From positions 25,344 through 89,343 of the forward strand of contig CAZZMB010000002.1 in assembly GCA_964655225.1 (NCBI GenBank): a stretch of DNA of 64,000 bases. Reading direction: 5' to 3'. Numbering within the stretch: the stretch's first letter is position 1; each line of letters begins with the position of its first letter. The notes beneath the pieces were generated by a model, which was not told the DNA's origin, ran no database searches, and saw nothing but the letters and a program-made list of their open reading frames with translations. Source of the stretch: an uncultured Chitinophagales bacterium. Lineage in GTDB: Bacteria > Bacteroidota > Bacteroidia > Chitinophagales > UBA8649. The position numbers and the translations under genes are program-made. Shown here piece after piece: positions 27,911 through 38,134 of this stretch.

Positions 27911-28735
27911 TTAAGTAAAACAAATGATATAGAAGGCAATGAAGGGAATCACAAAAATGAATGCATCAAAACGGTCGAGGAATCCTCCATGTCCGGGAAG
28001 TATATTCCCCGTATCTTTTATTCCTAAACTTCTTTTCATGAGTGATTCGACTAAATCCCCTGTAGCTGAAAAATAGGCAATAAGCCAAGATATGACGGCC
28101 CATTCTAAGGTGCTCAAATCCTGAAAAACATAGCCTAAACTGAAGCCTAGTGCAGTTAGCACGAGAAGCCCTCCAATTGAGCCTTCCCATGTTTTATTAG
28201 GAGAAATCCTTTTAAATAGTGGCCTGCTGCCAAATTGACTACCAATTATGTAGGCCGCACTATCATAGACCCAAACCAAAACGAGAATGCCAAGCAATGT
28301 TCCCGGAGAATAAAACCCATTTTTGTATACAATAAAATTAAGCATTGAAAATGGAATACCGATGTATACGAATGCACTCAAGTTTAAACCAATATTGATT
28401 AATGGTTTTTCTGACTTAGAGTATAATTCAAGGATAAAAAGTCCAAAAATTAAAACAGGAAGAATGCTGATAAACTTGATGCTAAGTTTGTCCGACATAA
28501 AAGCAGCAGTAATAAGGAATCCCAAAACATTGGTCGCCATTAACCAAACTCGGTAAATTTTGGCATATTTAGGTTTTTCATCCCGAAGAGAAACAGTAAT
28601 ATCAAAAAATTCATTGGTGCAAAAGGCAGTAACAAAGGCAATAAGTACAATATAGCCCGCTTGAAAATAAGAAGCTCCAACCATTATGACTACAAAAAGA
28701 ACGCCTGTTAAGGCTCTAGTTAAAAAGGTGCTCAT
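27911..28735 (-). CDS. cdsA: phosphatidate cytidylyltransferase
   Basis: 274 aa polytopic protein. Carries the signature SLMKRSLGIKDTGNILPGHGGFLDRFD. Confidence 0.9.
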   Translation of the reverse strand: MSTFLTRALTGVLFVVIMVGASYFQAGYIVLIAFVTAFCTNEFFDITVSLRDEKPKYAKIYRVWLMATNVLGFLITAAFMSDKLSIKFISILPVLIFGLFILELYSKSEKPLINIGLNLSAFVYIGIPFSMLNFIVYKNGFYSPGTLLGILVLVWVYDSAAYIIGSQFGSRPLFKRISPNKTWEGSIGGLLVLTALGFSLGYVFQDLSTLEWAVISWLIAYFSATGDLVESLMKRSLGIKDTGNILPGHGGFLDRFDAFIFVIPFIAFYIICFT

Positions 28736-29616
28736 GCGTTTTTTAGCTTATTAGCTTTGGTTAGGTGATGAAAGTAGTAAACACTAATGATAAAAACAAT
28801 TATTCCTATTGTAGAAATATATAAAGGCGGATTTGCTTCTAAATCTATCTGCGTAATCTTATTTTGATTGCTTAAGGTCAGAAGTACGATTAACCCATTG
28901 TTGAGTAAATGCATAAAAATACTTACCCAAAGATTTTTTGTTCGATAATAAACATAACCTAATATTCCACCCATAAACAATAAGGGAAGAATGTAGTAGA
29001 ATTGGAAATGCATCATGGCAAATAAGATAGAAGATATAAAGATGGCATGAAATGCACCTATCTTCATATCATTCAAAACACCTATTAACAGGCCTCTAAA
29101 GTATATCTCTTCAGCTATCGCAGGGAAAATGGCGAGGGTTAAGAAGACTATTAAAAAATCGCTTAAACCGGAAAAGTTTAAAAAGAATGCTTGGGCTTCC
29201 GAAGTAGCTTCTTGCAGGCCTTGAAATTTAAGCTCTAAACCATCAGGAAGGGGAATAATATTATTCAATTCCATCAAGTAATTCAAAAAGAAATTAGCAC
29301 TTAAGATGACTAAAGCTCCCAATAAAATGTGCGAAAGCTTGGGGGGATTTAAAAGCTTTAAAAACGTAAACACATGCCTCTTGTATATGTATGTAATAAG
29401 AATAGCAGGTAAAATCAACATAATGGTTACCGACACAATTTGGGCAAGGCCCAGCTCCAGTATGGTCTGATTGCCGATTAGCTCAAGCGAACTGGGAGAT
29501 GGCCTCATAATCGTTACTCCAAAAACCGCTATTATAGGGAGAACCGTCCATAAAAAAACCAATAAAGGTCGGTGCTCCAATGTCCCTCTTTTTTTTTGAG
29601 GTAATTCATCTTCCAT
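28732..29616 (-). CDS. CPBP-family intramembrane protease
   Basis: 294 aa polytopic protein. Has EEIYFRG and FAMMHF...HLLNN motifs. Overlaps cdsA by 4 nt. Confidence 0.75.
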   Translation of the reverse strand: MEDELPQKKRGTLEHRPLLVFLWTVLPIIAVFGVTIMRPSPSSLELIGNQTILELGLAQIVSVTIMLILPAILITYIYKRHVFTFLKLLNPPKLSHILLGALVILSANFFLNYLMELNNIIPLPDGLELKFQGLQEATSEAQAFFLNFSGLSDFLIVFLTLAIFPAIAEEIYFRGLLIGVLNDMKIGAFHAIFISSILFAMMHFQFYYILPLLFMGGILGYVYYRTKNLWVSIFMHLLNNGLIVLLTLSNQNKITQIDLEANPPLYISTIGIIVFIISVYYFHHLTKANKLKNA

Positions 29617-29724
29617 AGATTTGTAAAATTAACAAATTATTTAAAGCCGTCTTATATACTTCTTGTTAAGTGGATCTTAAAATTTTTAAACTGGATAAGA
29701 TTTACAGTAATTTGACAAAAAAAG

Positions 29725-29732
29725 TATCTTTG
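29725..29732 (+). promoter_or_regulatory. -7 box (TATCTTTG) placed 4 nt before the dus ATG
   Basis: TATCTTTG-cttc-ATG. The geometry is identical to thiL. Confidence 0.5.
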
Positions 29733-29736
29733 CTTC

Positions 29737-30726
29737 ATGGTGAAAATCGACCAATTGGAATTAGGAGATTTTCCTCTTTTGTTAGCACCAATGGAGGATG
29801 TAAGTGATCCACCTTTTCGGGCATTATGCAAGGCAAATGGGGCGGACCTAATGTATACAGAATTCATTTCAACTGAAGGCTTGATTAGAGATGCAGACAA
29901 GAGTGTCAAAAAGTTAGACATTTACGATGCGGAAAGACCTATCGGTATTCAAATTTTTGGTTCGGTTTTAGAGTCCATGATGATGTCGGCAAGAATTGTA
30001 GAAGAAGCTAACCCAGAAATTCTAGATATTAATTTTGGTTGTCCAGTGAAAAAAGTCGTTGGGAAAATGGCGGGTGCTGGTATCTTACAAGATATACCCC
30101 GCATGGTGTCCTTAACAGAGGCCGTTGTGAAATCTACTAAATTACCGGTAACCGTTAAAACAAGGTTAGGCTGGGATAGTAACTCTATTCGTATTCAAGA
30201 AGTTGCAGAGCGATTGCAAGATGTGGGTATTAAAGCACTTAGTATTCACGGTAGAACCCGAAAGCAAATGTATAAAGGGGAGGCCGATTGGTCTGAGATT
30301 GCCAAGATTAAAGAAAACCCTCGTATTCAAATCCCAATTTTTGGAAATGGAGATATTGATACGCCGGAAAAGTGCATGGAGTATAAAAATAAATATGGGG
30401 TTGATGGAATAATGATTGGTAGAGCAGCAATTGGATATCCTTGGGTTTTCAGGGAAATTAAACACTATATGAAGACAGGGGAGCATCTTGCTCCTCCATC
30501 TGTAGATGAGCGAGTTGATACCGCACTAAAACATTTAAAGACCTCAATTGAATGGAAAGGGGATGTGCTCGGGGTTCTTGAAACAAGGAGACACTATGGG
30601 AGCTATTTTCGAGGTTTCCGAGATATTAAATCTTACCGAATGAAGCTGGTCAACTCGATGGAGCATGAAGAATTATTTGATATACTTGAATCGATTCGCG
30701 AGAATTACAAAATGGTAGTGATTTAA
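29737..30726 (+). CDS. dusB: tRNA-dihydrouridine synthase
   Basis: 329 aa. Has LAPMEDVSDPPFR, NFGCP and HGRTR motifs of the Dus family. The subfamily assignment is tentative. Confidence 0.85.
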   Translation: MVKIDQLELGDFPLLLAPMEDVSDPPFRALCKANGADLMYTEFISTEGLIRDADKSVKKLDIYDAERPIGIQIFGSVLESMMMSARIVEEANPEILDINFGCPVKKVVGKMAGAGILQDIPRMVSLTEAVVKSTKLPVTVKTRLGWDSNSIRIQEVAERLQDVGIKALSIHGRTRKQMYKGEADWSEIAKIKENPRIQIPIFGNGDIDTPEKCMEYKNKYGVDGIMIGRAAIGYPWVFREIKHYMKTGEHLAPPSVDERVDTALKHLKTSIEWKGDVLGVLETRRHYGSYFRGFRDIKSYRMKLVNSMEHEELFDILESIRENYKMVVI

Positions 30727-30938
30727 TCTTCTTGTTTTCATCATTTTGATTTGTGGCCTAATTTTTTTAGGAGTAAATCAGTTTAAAACCTAGAAGAAAA
30801 CGCATTGAAATATTTGGCAAATTCTAGCAATAAAAATCCTAAGCAAAAAACAAAATTTTTTTTCTTTGAGTGTTAATAAAATGTTAGTTTTTTGTAATCC
30901 ACAGGCCTAGTAGTTGTGTTTATTGATTATAAGACACA

Positions 30939-30957
30939 TTCAACATTTAATGTTGAA
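30939..30957. promoter_or_regulatory. perfect 19-bp palindrome in the nrdBA upstream region
   Basis: TTCAACATT-T-AATGTTGAA has 9-bp arms around one central base. It lies 32 bp upstream of a TACTTTTG box (30989-30996). Confidence 0.35.
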
Positions 30958-31215
30958 AACCACCCTTTCTTTTTTGAATTTTTCCTAATACTTTTGAAAA
31001 GCAAATAACAGTAAAGGTTGCTTGCCAAAACTCCAAACAGGTAATTTTTATTTTGGAATGTTCCATAAGGTGCTAGTTTCGCGCTCTTCGAATAATTACC
31101 TCGGGTTAGATTCACATAAAATTGTAGAGGTAAGCAATTACTTTGATCACAAATCATTTTTCTGTTTTTAGGGGCGAAAAATGATAATTTTTACACCCTA
31201 TTTAAATTAAATTTA

Positions 31216-32193
31216 ATGAATATAGAAGTTAAAGAACCAATTCTACACGAAAACAACGAACGTTTTGTGTTATTCCCAATCCAGCACGACAAGATATGGG
31301 AGATGTATAAACAAGCTGAAGCAAGCTTCTGGACAGCAGAAGAAATTGATTTAGCTCCTGATATGAAAGATTGGGAAAGCCTTAATTCAGGCGAAAGGCA
31401 TTTCATTAGTCATGTCTTAGCATTTTTTGCAGCAAGCGATGGCATTGTTAACGAGAACTTGGTGATTAATTTTATGCAAGATGTCACCATTCCAGAAGCA
31501 AGGTGCTTTTATGGTTTTCAAATAGCTATTGAAAATATACATGCGGAAACATACAGCTTATTGATTGATACCTATATCAAGGATGAGCAAGAGAAGTCTA
31601 AAATGTTTAACGCTATCGATACGATTCCCTGTGTCAAGAAAAAAGCAGATTGGGCATTGAAGTGGATTGAGGATTCTCCGTCATTTGCGCACCGATTAAT
31701 TGCTTTTGCTGCCGTAGAAGGAATCTTCTTCTCTGGAAGTTTTTGTTCAATATTTTGGCTCAAGAAAAGGGGTCTAATGCCCGGACTTTCCTTCTCTAAC
31801 GAGTTAATTAGTAGAGATGAAGGATTGCATTGTGATTTTGCTTGCTTGATTTATACGATGTTAAATAACAAACTAGATGTTAAAGAGGTTAACTCTATCA
31901 TTATGGAGGCTGTCGAGTTTGAAAAAGAATTTGTAAGCGACGCATTGCCAGTTTCTTTAATTGGAATGAATGCAGAAATGATGTGCGACTATATAGAGTT
32001 TGTAGCGGATAGATTATTAGTTTCTCTCGGCTACGAAAAAGTCTATAATGCGAAAAATCCATTCCCTTGGATGGAGATGATTTCGCTTCAAGGAAAAACC
32101 AACTTCTTCGAAAAACGAGTTGCTGAATACCAAAAAGCAGGTGTTTCTGCAAAGAAAGAAGATCACTCGTTCTCAATTGACGAAGATTTCTAA
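31216..32193 (+). CDS. nrdB: ribonucleoside-diphosphate reductase beta subunit (class Ia, eukaryote-like R2)
   Basis: 325 aa. Has [18 protein letters not shown] and the iron-ligand EAxH pattern (IENIHAETY). C-terminus is FSIDEDF. Confidence 0.95.
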   Translation: MNIEVKEPILHENNERFVLFPIQHDKIWEMYKQAEASFWTAEEIDLAPDMKDWESLNSGERHFISHVLAFFAASDGIVNENLVINFMQDVTIPEARCFYGFQIAIENIHAETYSLLIDTYIKDEQEKSKMFNAIDTIPCVKKKADWALKWIEDSPSFAHRLIAFAAVEGIFFSGSFCSIFWLKKRGLMPGLSFSNELISRDEGLHCDFACLIYTMLNNKLDVKEVNSIIMEAVEFEKEFVSDALPVSLIGMNAEMMCDYIEFVADRLLVSLGYEKVYNAKNPFPWMEMISLQGKTNFFEKRVAEYQKAGVSAKKEDHSFSIDEDF

Positions 32194-32246
32194 TACCACA
32201 GCTAACGAATAAATCAAGATAAAAACGACCTAAAAGACTAACTATA

Positions 32247-34604
32247 ATGTACGTAATCAAAAGAAACGGAAGAAAAGAAGCAGTGATGTTTGATAAAATC
32301 ACTGCAAGAATTAACAAGCTATCCTATGGATTGGATAACAAATACGTACAACCTGCTGAAATTGCTAAAAAGGTTATTCAAGGAATGTTCGATGGGGTGA
32401 CAACTACAGAATTAGATAATCTTGCGGCCGAAACGGCAGCATCAATGACGACGGTTCATCCAGATTATGCAATTTTAGCTGCTCGTATTGCGGTTTCAAA
32501 CCTACACAAAAACACAAAGAAGTCTTTTTCAGACGTGGTAGAAGACTTACACAAGTATGTAGACCCAAAAACAGATGAACCAGCTCCCTTAGTGGCAGAT
32601 GATGTGCATGAAATTATCATGAAGAATTCAGAAGAGTTGGATTCTGCCGTGATACATTCAAGAGATTTTCATTACGACTTCTTTGGATTTAAGACTTTAG
32701 AAAGAGCATACTTATTGAAGTTGAACGGCCAGATAGCAGAGCGTCCTCAGCATATGTTAATGCGTGTGTCAGTAGGTATTCATAAAGAAGATATTAAATC
32801 GGCTATTGAGACCTATAACCTGATGTCTCAAAAATGGTTTACGCATGCCACTCCTACTTTGTTCAACGCAGGTACTCCTAAACCACAAATGTCATCGTGC
32901 TTCTTACTAACGATGAAGGATGATAGTATTTCAGGTATTTTTGACACCTTGCGTCAATGTGCAGAAATTTCTAAATCTGCAGGAGGTATTGGTTTGAGTA
33001 TTCATAATGTGAGAGCAAATGGAAGTTATATAAAGGGAACAAACGGAACATCTAATGGCATTATTCCAATGTTGAGAGTGTTTAATGATACGGCTCGTTA
33101 TGTGGATCAAGGTGGAGGGAAACGAAAAGGCGCCTTTGCGGTTTATTTGGAGCCTTGGCATGCTGATGTTTTTGATTTCTTAGATTTGAAAAAGAACCAC
33201 GGTAAAGAAGAAAATAGAGCAAGAGATTTATTCTATGCCCTATGGATTCCAGATTTATTTATGCAGCGGGTGATGGAGGATGGAGATTGGAGTTTATTCT
33301 GTCCAAACGAAGCTCCTGGTTTAGCGGATACGCACAGTGAAGAATTTGAAGCTTTATACACCAAGTATGAGCAGGAAGGTAGAGCGCGAAAAACAGTAAA
33401 GGCGCAAAAATTATGGTTTGCTATCTGTGAATCTCAAATTGAAACTGGGACACCATATATTTTATATAAGGATGCCGCGAACAATAAATCGAATCAACAA
33501 AACCTTGGGACGATTAAGTCTTCAAACTTATGTACGGAGATTTTAGAATACACAGCACCAGATGAGGTGGCAGTTTGTAATTTGGCCTCATTAGCTCTCA
33601 ATAAGTATGTTGGTAAAGATGGCAAGTATGACTTTCAAAAATTATACGATGTAAGTTATCAGGTCACCAAAAACCTAAACAAGATTATTGACAATAATTA
33701 TTATCCAGTACCAGAAGCAAAAAATTCAAACATGCGTCACAGACCAATTGGTATTGGGGTACAGGGATTGGCGGATGCTTTCATGTTGTTGAGGTTGCCA
33801 TTCGAAAGCGAGGAAGCGAGAATGTTAAATAAAAACATTTTCGAAACAATTTACTTTGCAGCAATGACAGCTTCGAAAGATTTAGCGAAGAAAGAAGGAG
33901 CTTATGAGACCTTTAAAGGATCCCCACTAAGTGAAGGCAAATTTCAATTTGACCTCTGGAATGTTAAGCCAAGTGGCATGTGGAATTGGAACAAATTAAG
34001 AAAAGATGTAATGAAGCATGGAGTTAGAAATAGCTTGTTGTTAGCGCCAATGCCAACAGCTTCAACATCTCAAATTTTAGGAAATAATGAGTGCTTTGAA
34101 CCATACACAAGTAACATTTACTCAAGAAGAGTGCTGTCGGGTGAGTTTGTTATTGTAAATAAACACTTGCTGAAAGACTTGATTGAAAGAGAACTGTGGA
34201 GCGAGGACATGAAGTACAAGTTGATTGCTCGAAATGGCTCAGTTCAAGATATCCCTGAAGTACCTCAGGATCTAAAGGATTTGTACAAAACGGCATGGGA
34301 AATATCCTCAAAAGCAGTTATTGAAATGAGTGCAGATCGTGGAGCCTTCATTTGCCAATCGCAAAGTTTGAACATCTTTATGGAAAATGCCACTTTCAAA
34401 AAACTATCTTCTATGCACTTTTACGCATGGAAAGCAGGATTAAAAACGGGGACTTATTACTTGAGAACGAAAGCAGCTAGAGATGCAATTAAATTTACAG
34501 TTGATAGTCAGTACTTGAAAGGAGATAAAATTGACGATGATAAAATTGCAGCGGCAGTTTGTTCATTGGATGATCCAGATTCATGTGAAATGTGTTCTGG
34601 CTGA
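32247..34604 (+). CDS. nrdA: ribonucleoside-diphosphate reductase alpha subunit (class Ia)
   Basis: 785 aa. N-terminal ATP-cone ([20 protein letters not shown]), [17 protein letters not shown], and a C-terminal CxxC tail (CEMCSG). Confidence 0.95.
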   Translation: MYVIKRNGRKEAVMFDKITARINKLSYGLDNKYVQPAEIAKKVIQGMFDGVTTTELDNLAAETAASMTTVHPDYAILAARIAVSNLHKNTKKSFSDVVEDLHKYVDPKTDEPAPLVADDVHEIIMKNSEELDSAVIHSRDFHYDFFGFKTLERAYLLKLNGQIAERPQHMLMRVSVGIHKEDIKSAIETYNLMSQKWFTHATPTLFNAGTPKPQMSSCFLLTMKDDSISGIFDTLRQCAEISKSAGGIGLSIHNVRANGSYIKGTNGTSNGIIPMLRVFNDTARYVDQGGGKRKGAFAVYLEPWHADVFDFLDLKKNHGKEENRARDLFYALWIPDLFMQRVMEDGDWSLFCPNEAPGLADTHSEEFEALYTKYEQEGRARKTVKAQKLWFAICESQIETGTPYILYKDAANNKSNQQNLGTIKSSNLCTEILEYTAPDEVAVCNLASLALNKYVGKDGKYDFQKLYDVSYQVTKNLNKIIDNNYYPVPEAKNSNMRHRPIGIGVQGLADAFMLLRLPFESEEARMLNKNIFETIYFAAMTASKDLAKKEGAYETFKGSPLSEGKFQFDLWNVKPSGMWNWNKLRKDVMKHGVRNSLLLAPMPTASTSQILGNNECFEPYTSNIYSRRVLSGEFVIVNKHLLKDLIERELWSEDMKYKLIARNGSVQDIPEVPQDLKDLYKTAWEISSKAVIEMSADRGAFICQSQSLNIFMENATFKKLSSMHFYAWKAGLKTGTYYLRTKAARDAIKFTVDSQYLKGDKIDDDKIAAAVCSLDDPDSCEMCSG

Positions 34605-34631
34605 TATTTAAACTTACTTTTAAATCTAAGC

Positions 34632-34664
34632 AAAAGCCATCCGTTTGAAGCGGGATGGCTTTTG
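34632..34664. terminator. bidirectional terminator between the convergent nrdA and arginine deiminase genes
   Basis: GCCATCC (34636-34642) pairs with GGATGGC (34653-34659). An A-run precedes it and a T-run follows. Confidence 0.7.
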
Positions 34665-34770
34665 TGTTTTATATGGAATATGAAAAAAGGGATGAATTAT
34701 AGAGATAAGCCCTTTCAGTATTGAAAGATTGAGAACGATTGCTTTCTTGTTTAGCGGCTCTTTGTATTCG

Positions 34771-35988
34771 CTAACCTCGACTTATCGGAAAAGTCATACA
34801 ATGCGGGCCTCCTCTTGCTCTTGAGAGCTCTGTGCTCGGAATAGCAATAATGGTTTTCTCAACAGTCGTTGGGTCAGGTGCTTTGTCTAAGAAATCCTTT
34901 GCATTTATGACCCGATAACCAGCATTTTTCAATGCAATAGCGGTATGAAAGTTTCTGTCATAGGCAATAGCAACCCCATTTTTTACAGTTACTAAATTAC
35001 AGCCATCTGTCCATTGTTCTCTTGCTCCAAATGTCTCATCTCCATTTCCACATAGAATAAATTTCATTTGGGGATTATAGTCTGTAAAGAAATCATATAA
35101 AGTGGAATATTCTTTTTTACTACCGTCATTACAATATTTGGTCACCTTGATTATATCTGAGCGCAGGGTATCTTTGTATATAACATATTCATTGGTGCTG
35201 ATTTGGGTAAAGAGGGTATCTATATGCATAGAAGATCGATCTTTTGCAATAACAATTCTGACCACATTATCAATTACTCCTTTTTGGAACAATTCTTCTT
35301 TCAGACTATTGAAGGCTTCGGGGGTAGATCGTTCGCTACATCCAACCAATAGGTGGGCTTTGTCCAACATCATGACATCTCCACCCTCCAAGGTATGTTC
35401 ATCTCCTTTTTTGGTCATATCTATAATCTTGGCATCTCCATTTTCTTGAAAGGAAAGAAACTCAGGGTGATAGTATATGATGTATCGAGTTAAAATAGAC
35501 TCTCTTGTTCTCGCTTTTTTAGACGCATGGCAGATCAAAACATGGTCATTTACCACGACCCCAATATCTCGAGTAAAAACGTAGTTAGGCAATGGAGGTA
35601 AAATGGAAACTTCAGTTGATTTAAGAATTCCTGTAAAAAGAGTATAAGCTAGGTCTTCAGCATTTAACGACCTTATTTTTTCTGTTTGTTCCTCTTCCAA
35701 ATTTTCTAAGTCTGCAATGTATTGTATTAACTTATCTTTTGAATTCTTCGGATTAATCTTCAGAAGCTCTACGAGCATTTGTAAGGTGTCAATGACATTT
35801 TCTTTTCCAGCAAAATGAGCTAAAACTGAAGTGAAAAGTTCGTGTTCCTGCCGCATTAAGGGAAGAAATACAATATCATCATAGAGAAATTTTAATGCAT
35901 TCTTAGGAGTTATTACTTCTATCCCGTCATCTGGGTGATGCACGATTACTTTTCGAAGAATGCCTGTTTCATTGTTTATCATTGTCAT
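34771..35988 (-). CDS. arcA: arginine deiminase-family protein
   Basis: 405 aa. N-terminus LRKVIVHHPDDGIE and a C-terminal catalytic-Cys region GGPHCMTFPISR typical of arginine deiminase. Confidence 0.7.
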   Translation of the reverse strand: MTMINNETGILRKVIVHHPDDGIEVITPKNALKFLYDDIVFLPLMRQEHELFTSVLAHFAGKENVIDTLQMLVELLKINPKNSKDKLIQYIADLENLEEEQTEKIRSLNAEDLAYTLFTGILKSTEVSILPPLPNYVFTRDIGVVVNDHVLICHASKKARTRESILTRYIIYYHPEFLSFQENGDAKIIDMTKKGDEHTLEGGDVMMLDKAHLLVGCSERSTPEAFNSLKEELFQKGVIDNVVRIVIAKDRSSMHIDTLFTQISTNEYVIYKDTLRSDIIKVTKYCNDGSKKEYSTLYDFFTDYNPQMKFILCGNGDETFGAREQWTDGCNLVTVKNGVAIAYDRNFHTAIALKNAGYRVINAKDFLDKAPDPTTVEKTIIAIPSTELSRARGGPHCMTFPISRG

Positions 35989-36037
35989 GTTTTTTAAATA
36001 AATATCTGGGCAGTTACTTTAAATTGGCTTGGAGTAT

Positions 36038-36045
36038 CAAATATA
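36038..36045 (-). promoter_or_regulatory. candidate -7 box (TATATTTG on minus strand) for the arginine deiminase gene
   Basis: Plus strand reads caaatata, about 50 nt upstream of the ATG at 35988. An ARG-box-like sequence sits just upstream at 36050-36067. Confidence 0.35.
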
Positions 36046-36174
36046 ACACTATGAATTTTCAATTAATAGAAATTGGAACTTTTGCCGCGCGTAAAGTTCA
36101 TTTCGAGCATGGTGAAGGTTTAGTGGCGCGAAGCTCTGGCTTAGCGTAAAGTAGAATATTTCAAGAATTAATAA

Positions 36175-37986
36175 TTAGACATCATCACCTCTTAGAAACC
36201 TAAATCTTTTTCTAGCTTCAACCATAAGCACGCTGTTTGTATAGTCCGTGATAATAATTTTATAGTATTCCATGGCCTTATCAGGTTGATCTAAATATTT
36301 TTGATACACCTCTCCTAATAAGAAGAGGGCATTATCGGCTAATATATCTTCACTGAAATCTTGAAACAATAATTTTAAAAGAGTGTTGGCTTTTTCAAAT
36401 TCTTGTGATTCGAGCAAGATTTGCGCTTGCTTGTAGTAGATATCGTCAGTAAGCGCATGTCCTGGATACTTAATTAAGATATCATCCAATAGGCTCAAAG
36501 CTTCTTGATCCTTATTTTGAATATGCAATAAGTCAGCATCTGCAAACATCTGCATAGTCGCAGTGGTAGTATCTAAACCTAAGTTATCTAATATAAAAAT
36601 GGATAGTTTCAACGCATTGTTTGCAATAAGCTCTGTAGTTGCTCCTTTCAGTATTGCCAATTGAGCTTGTGCCCATTCAAATTCACCTTTAAAATAAGAT
36701 AGCTTGGAATTTCTAAAACGCGCGTCTTCACCTATTGGACTATTTTTCTCGTCTTTATCTACCTGAGCATATAAAAGGGTGGCCTCCCAAACATCGCCAA
36801 ACAATACATAGAAATCACCTAAATCCAGCTTAACAAGGTTTTTGGTTTTCTTGGGTAAATTGGGGATTGCTAATAATTCTTCCATCAATTGAATGGCAGC
36901 GGCGATATCATGCACATAATAAGCTTGCAATTTAGCTAGCTCTTGTATGGAACTTACAGTACTTAAATTTTTACCATAGTTGGATAGAAATGTTTCATAT
37001 TCTTGCTGTAAAGTAGCAATATCCTCATTTGAGTACTCAAGTGTATTCGTGATTTTAAGTTTTCGTGATTCAATTTCTCCAGATTTAGCTAATTGAAAAA
37101 ATCGGCCAATTTTTCCTTTAGATTGCACATAAATAAATCCCGCTATTGCGGCATCATATTGTTGCTCTGTAATGGCATCATTTGCCAGTTGGATGATACG
37201 TCCTCCATCCTCTTGATTTCTTTTATCAAGTGCTTTGGCTTGAATCAAGGCTTGCTCATAATCTGCTTGGTGAGTAAATAACCAAATCAACAACTCCAAA
37301 TATTCAGTTTTTGCAGAATTCTTTTGAACTAAGCTATATAGCTGTTCTTCTAATTCGTCTTGTAAACCTTCTTTTTCAATATTATTGGTCAAAATACTTT
37401 GAACAGAGTTCTTGTAGATGGCATTTTCGCTCATTAAGTACAGATAGGTGCCTACTGCCTCTTTTATTTTGTTTTCCTGCAAATAAACATTACCCAGTTC
37501 AAATCCGAATAGTGATTTATCCTTCAAAAGCTCACGCCCTTTTAAATAGCATTCAATCGCATAATCAAGTTTGCGAATTCCAATAAATTTTGATGCAGTA
37601 CTGCGAATAATTGTTTGATTATCCGGCAGCAAGCTTATTACCTTATTATAAATATCCTCGGCTTTAGCGGATTCATTATTCTGTGAATAGACATAGCCTA
37701 GGTCTATTTTGTAGCTTAAGTCGTCTTTATTTTTTTTGACTTGCCTTTTCACTAATTGCTCAGCATGAGCATAATCGTTCAAGCGAATATATGAATTGTA
37801 TAAAGAGGTGTAATAGTATAAGTTCTGATTATTATCCTTCCATAATTCTTCAAACAACTTGGCTGACTTCTCATAATCACCTGTTTGATAATATTGTTTA
37901 GCCAAGGCTAAAGTTTTATCAACTTGAGCATTTGCCCCAAACAGGAGGAATGTAAAGGCGCTAAATATGAATAATTTCAACTTCAT
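36175..37986 (-). CDS. tetratricopeptide-repeat protein with signal peptide
   Basis: 603 aa. Signal MKLKLFIFSAFTFLLFGANAQ. Many TPR-like A/Y/L repeats (e.g. YYQTGDYEKSAKLFEEL). Confidence 0.75.
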   Translation of the reverse strand: MKLKLFIFSAFTFLLFGANAQVDKTLALAKQYYQTGDYEKSAKLFEELWKDNNQNLYYYTSLYNSYIRLNDYAHAEQLVKRQVKKNKDDLSYKIDLGYVYSQNNESAKAEDIYNKVISLLPDNQTIIRSTASKFIGIRKLDYAIECYLKGRELLKDKSLFGFELGNVYLQENKIKEAVGTYLYLMSENAIYKNSVQSILTNNIEKEGLQDELEEQLYSLVQKNSAKTEYLELLIWLFTHQADYEQALIQAKALDKRNQEDGGRIIQLANDAITEQQYDAAIAGFIYVQSKGKIGRFFQLAKSGEIESRKLKITNTLEYSNEDIATLQQEYETFLSNYGKNLSTVSSIQELAKLQAYYVHDIAAAIQLMEELLAIPNLPKKTKNLVKLDLGDFYVLFGDVWEATLLYAQVDKDEKNSPIGEDARFRNSKLSYFKGEFEWAQAQLAILKGATTELIANNALKLSIFILDNLGLDTTTATMQMFADADLLHIQNKDQEALSLLDDILIKYPGHALTDDIYYKQAQILLESQEFEKANTLLKLLFQDFSEDILADNALFLLGEVYQKYLDQPDKAMEYYKIIITDYTNSVLMVEARKRFRFLRGDDV

Positions 37987-38082
37987 TTATCGTAGACCTA
38001 AAGATAAGTAACTTCAGCTCGAATTGTTTTCTCAACAAGCGAAGCTAATGAATATAGATGTTGCAAGTTGCTTTTAAGAATT

Positions 38083-38113
38083 AAAAAAGTCCTACAATTT
38101 ATTTTGTAGGACT
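38083..38113 (-). terminator. rho-independent terminator after the TonB-like gene
   Basis: A 10-bp perfect stem, AGTCCTACAA (38088-38097) with TTGTAGGACT (38104-38113). On the minus strand TTTTTT follows. Confidence 0.8.
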
Positions 38114-38134
38114 TCCTTAACTTAGTTTTTTACG

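Noticed and set aside
30927-31157. A 76-aa minus-strand ORF inside the nrdBA upstream spacer.
   Set aside because: The sequence has odd composition and no motif or promoter. It lies in what is more likely the nrd regulatory or leader region.
31000-31215. A cobalamin riboswitch or NrdR boxes upstream of nrdB.
   Set aside because: I could not find a B12-box-like sequence or paired NrdR boxes (acaCwAtATaTwGtgt type) by eye. Only generic AT-rich hairpins are present.
36051-36149. A 32-codon plus-strand ORF (MNFQLIEIGTFAARKVHFEHGEGLVARSSGLA) covering the GC-rich patch upstream of the arginine deiminase gene. I considered a gene remnant.
   Set aside because: It is too short to assign and runs opposite to both flanking genes. 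I cannot match it to a family from memory. The GC-rich patch is kept as a note in a finding.
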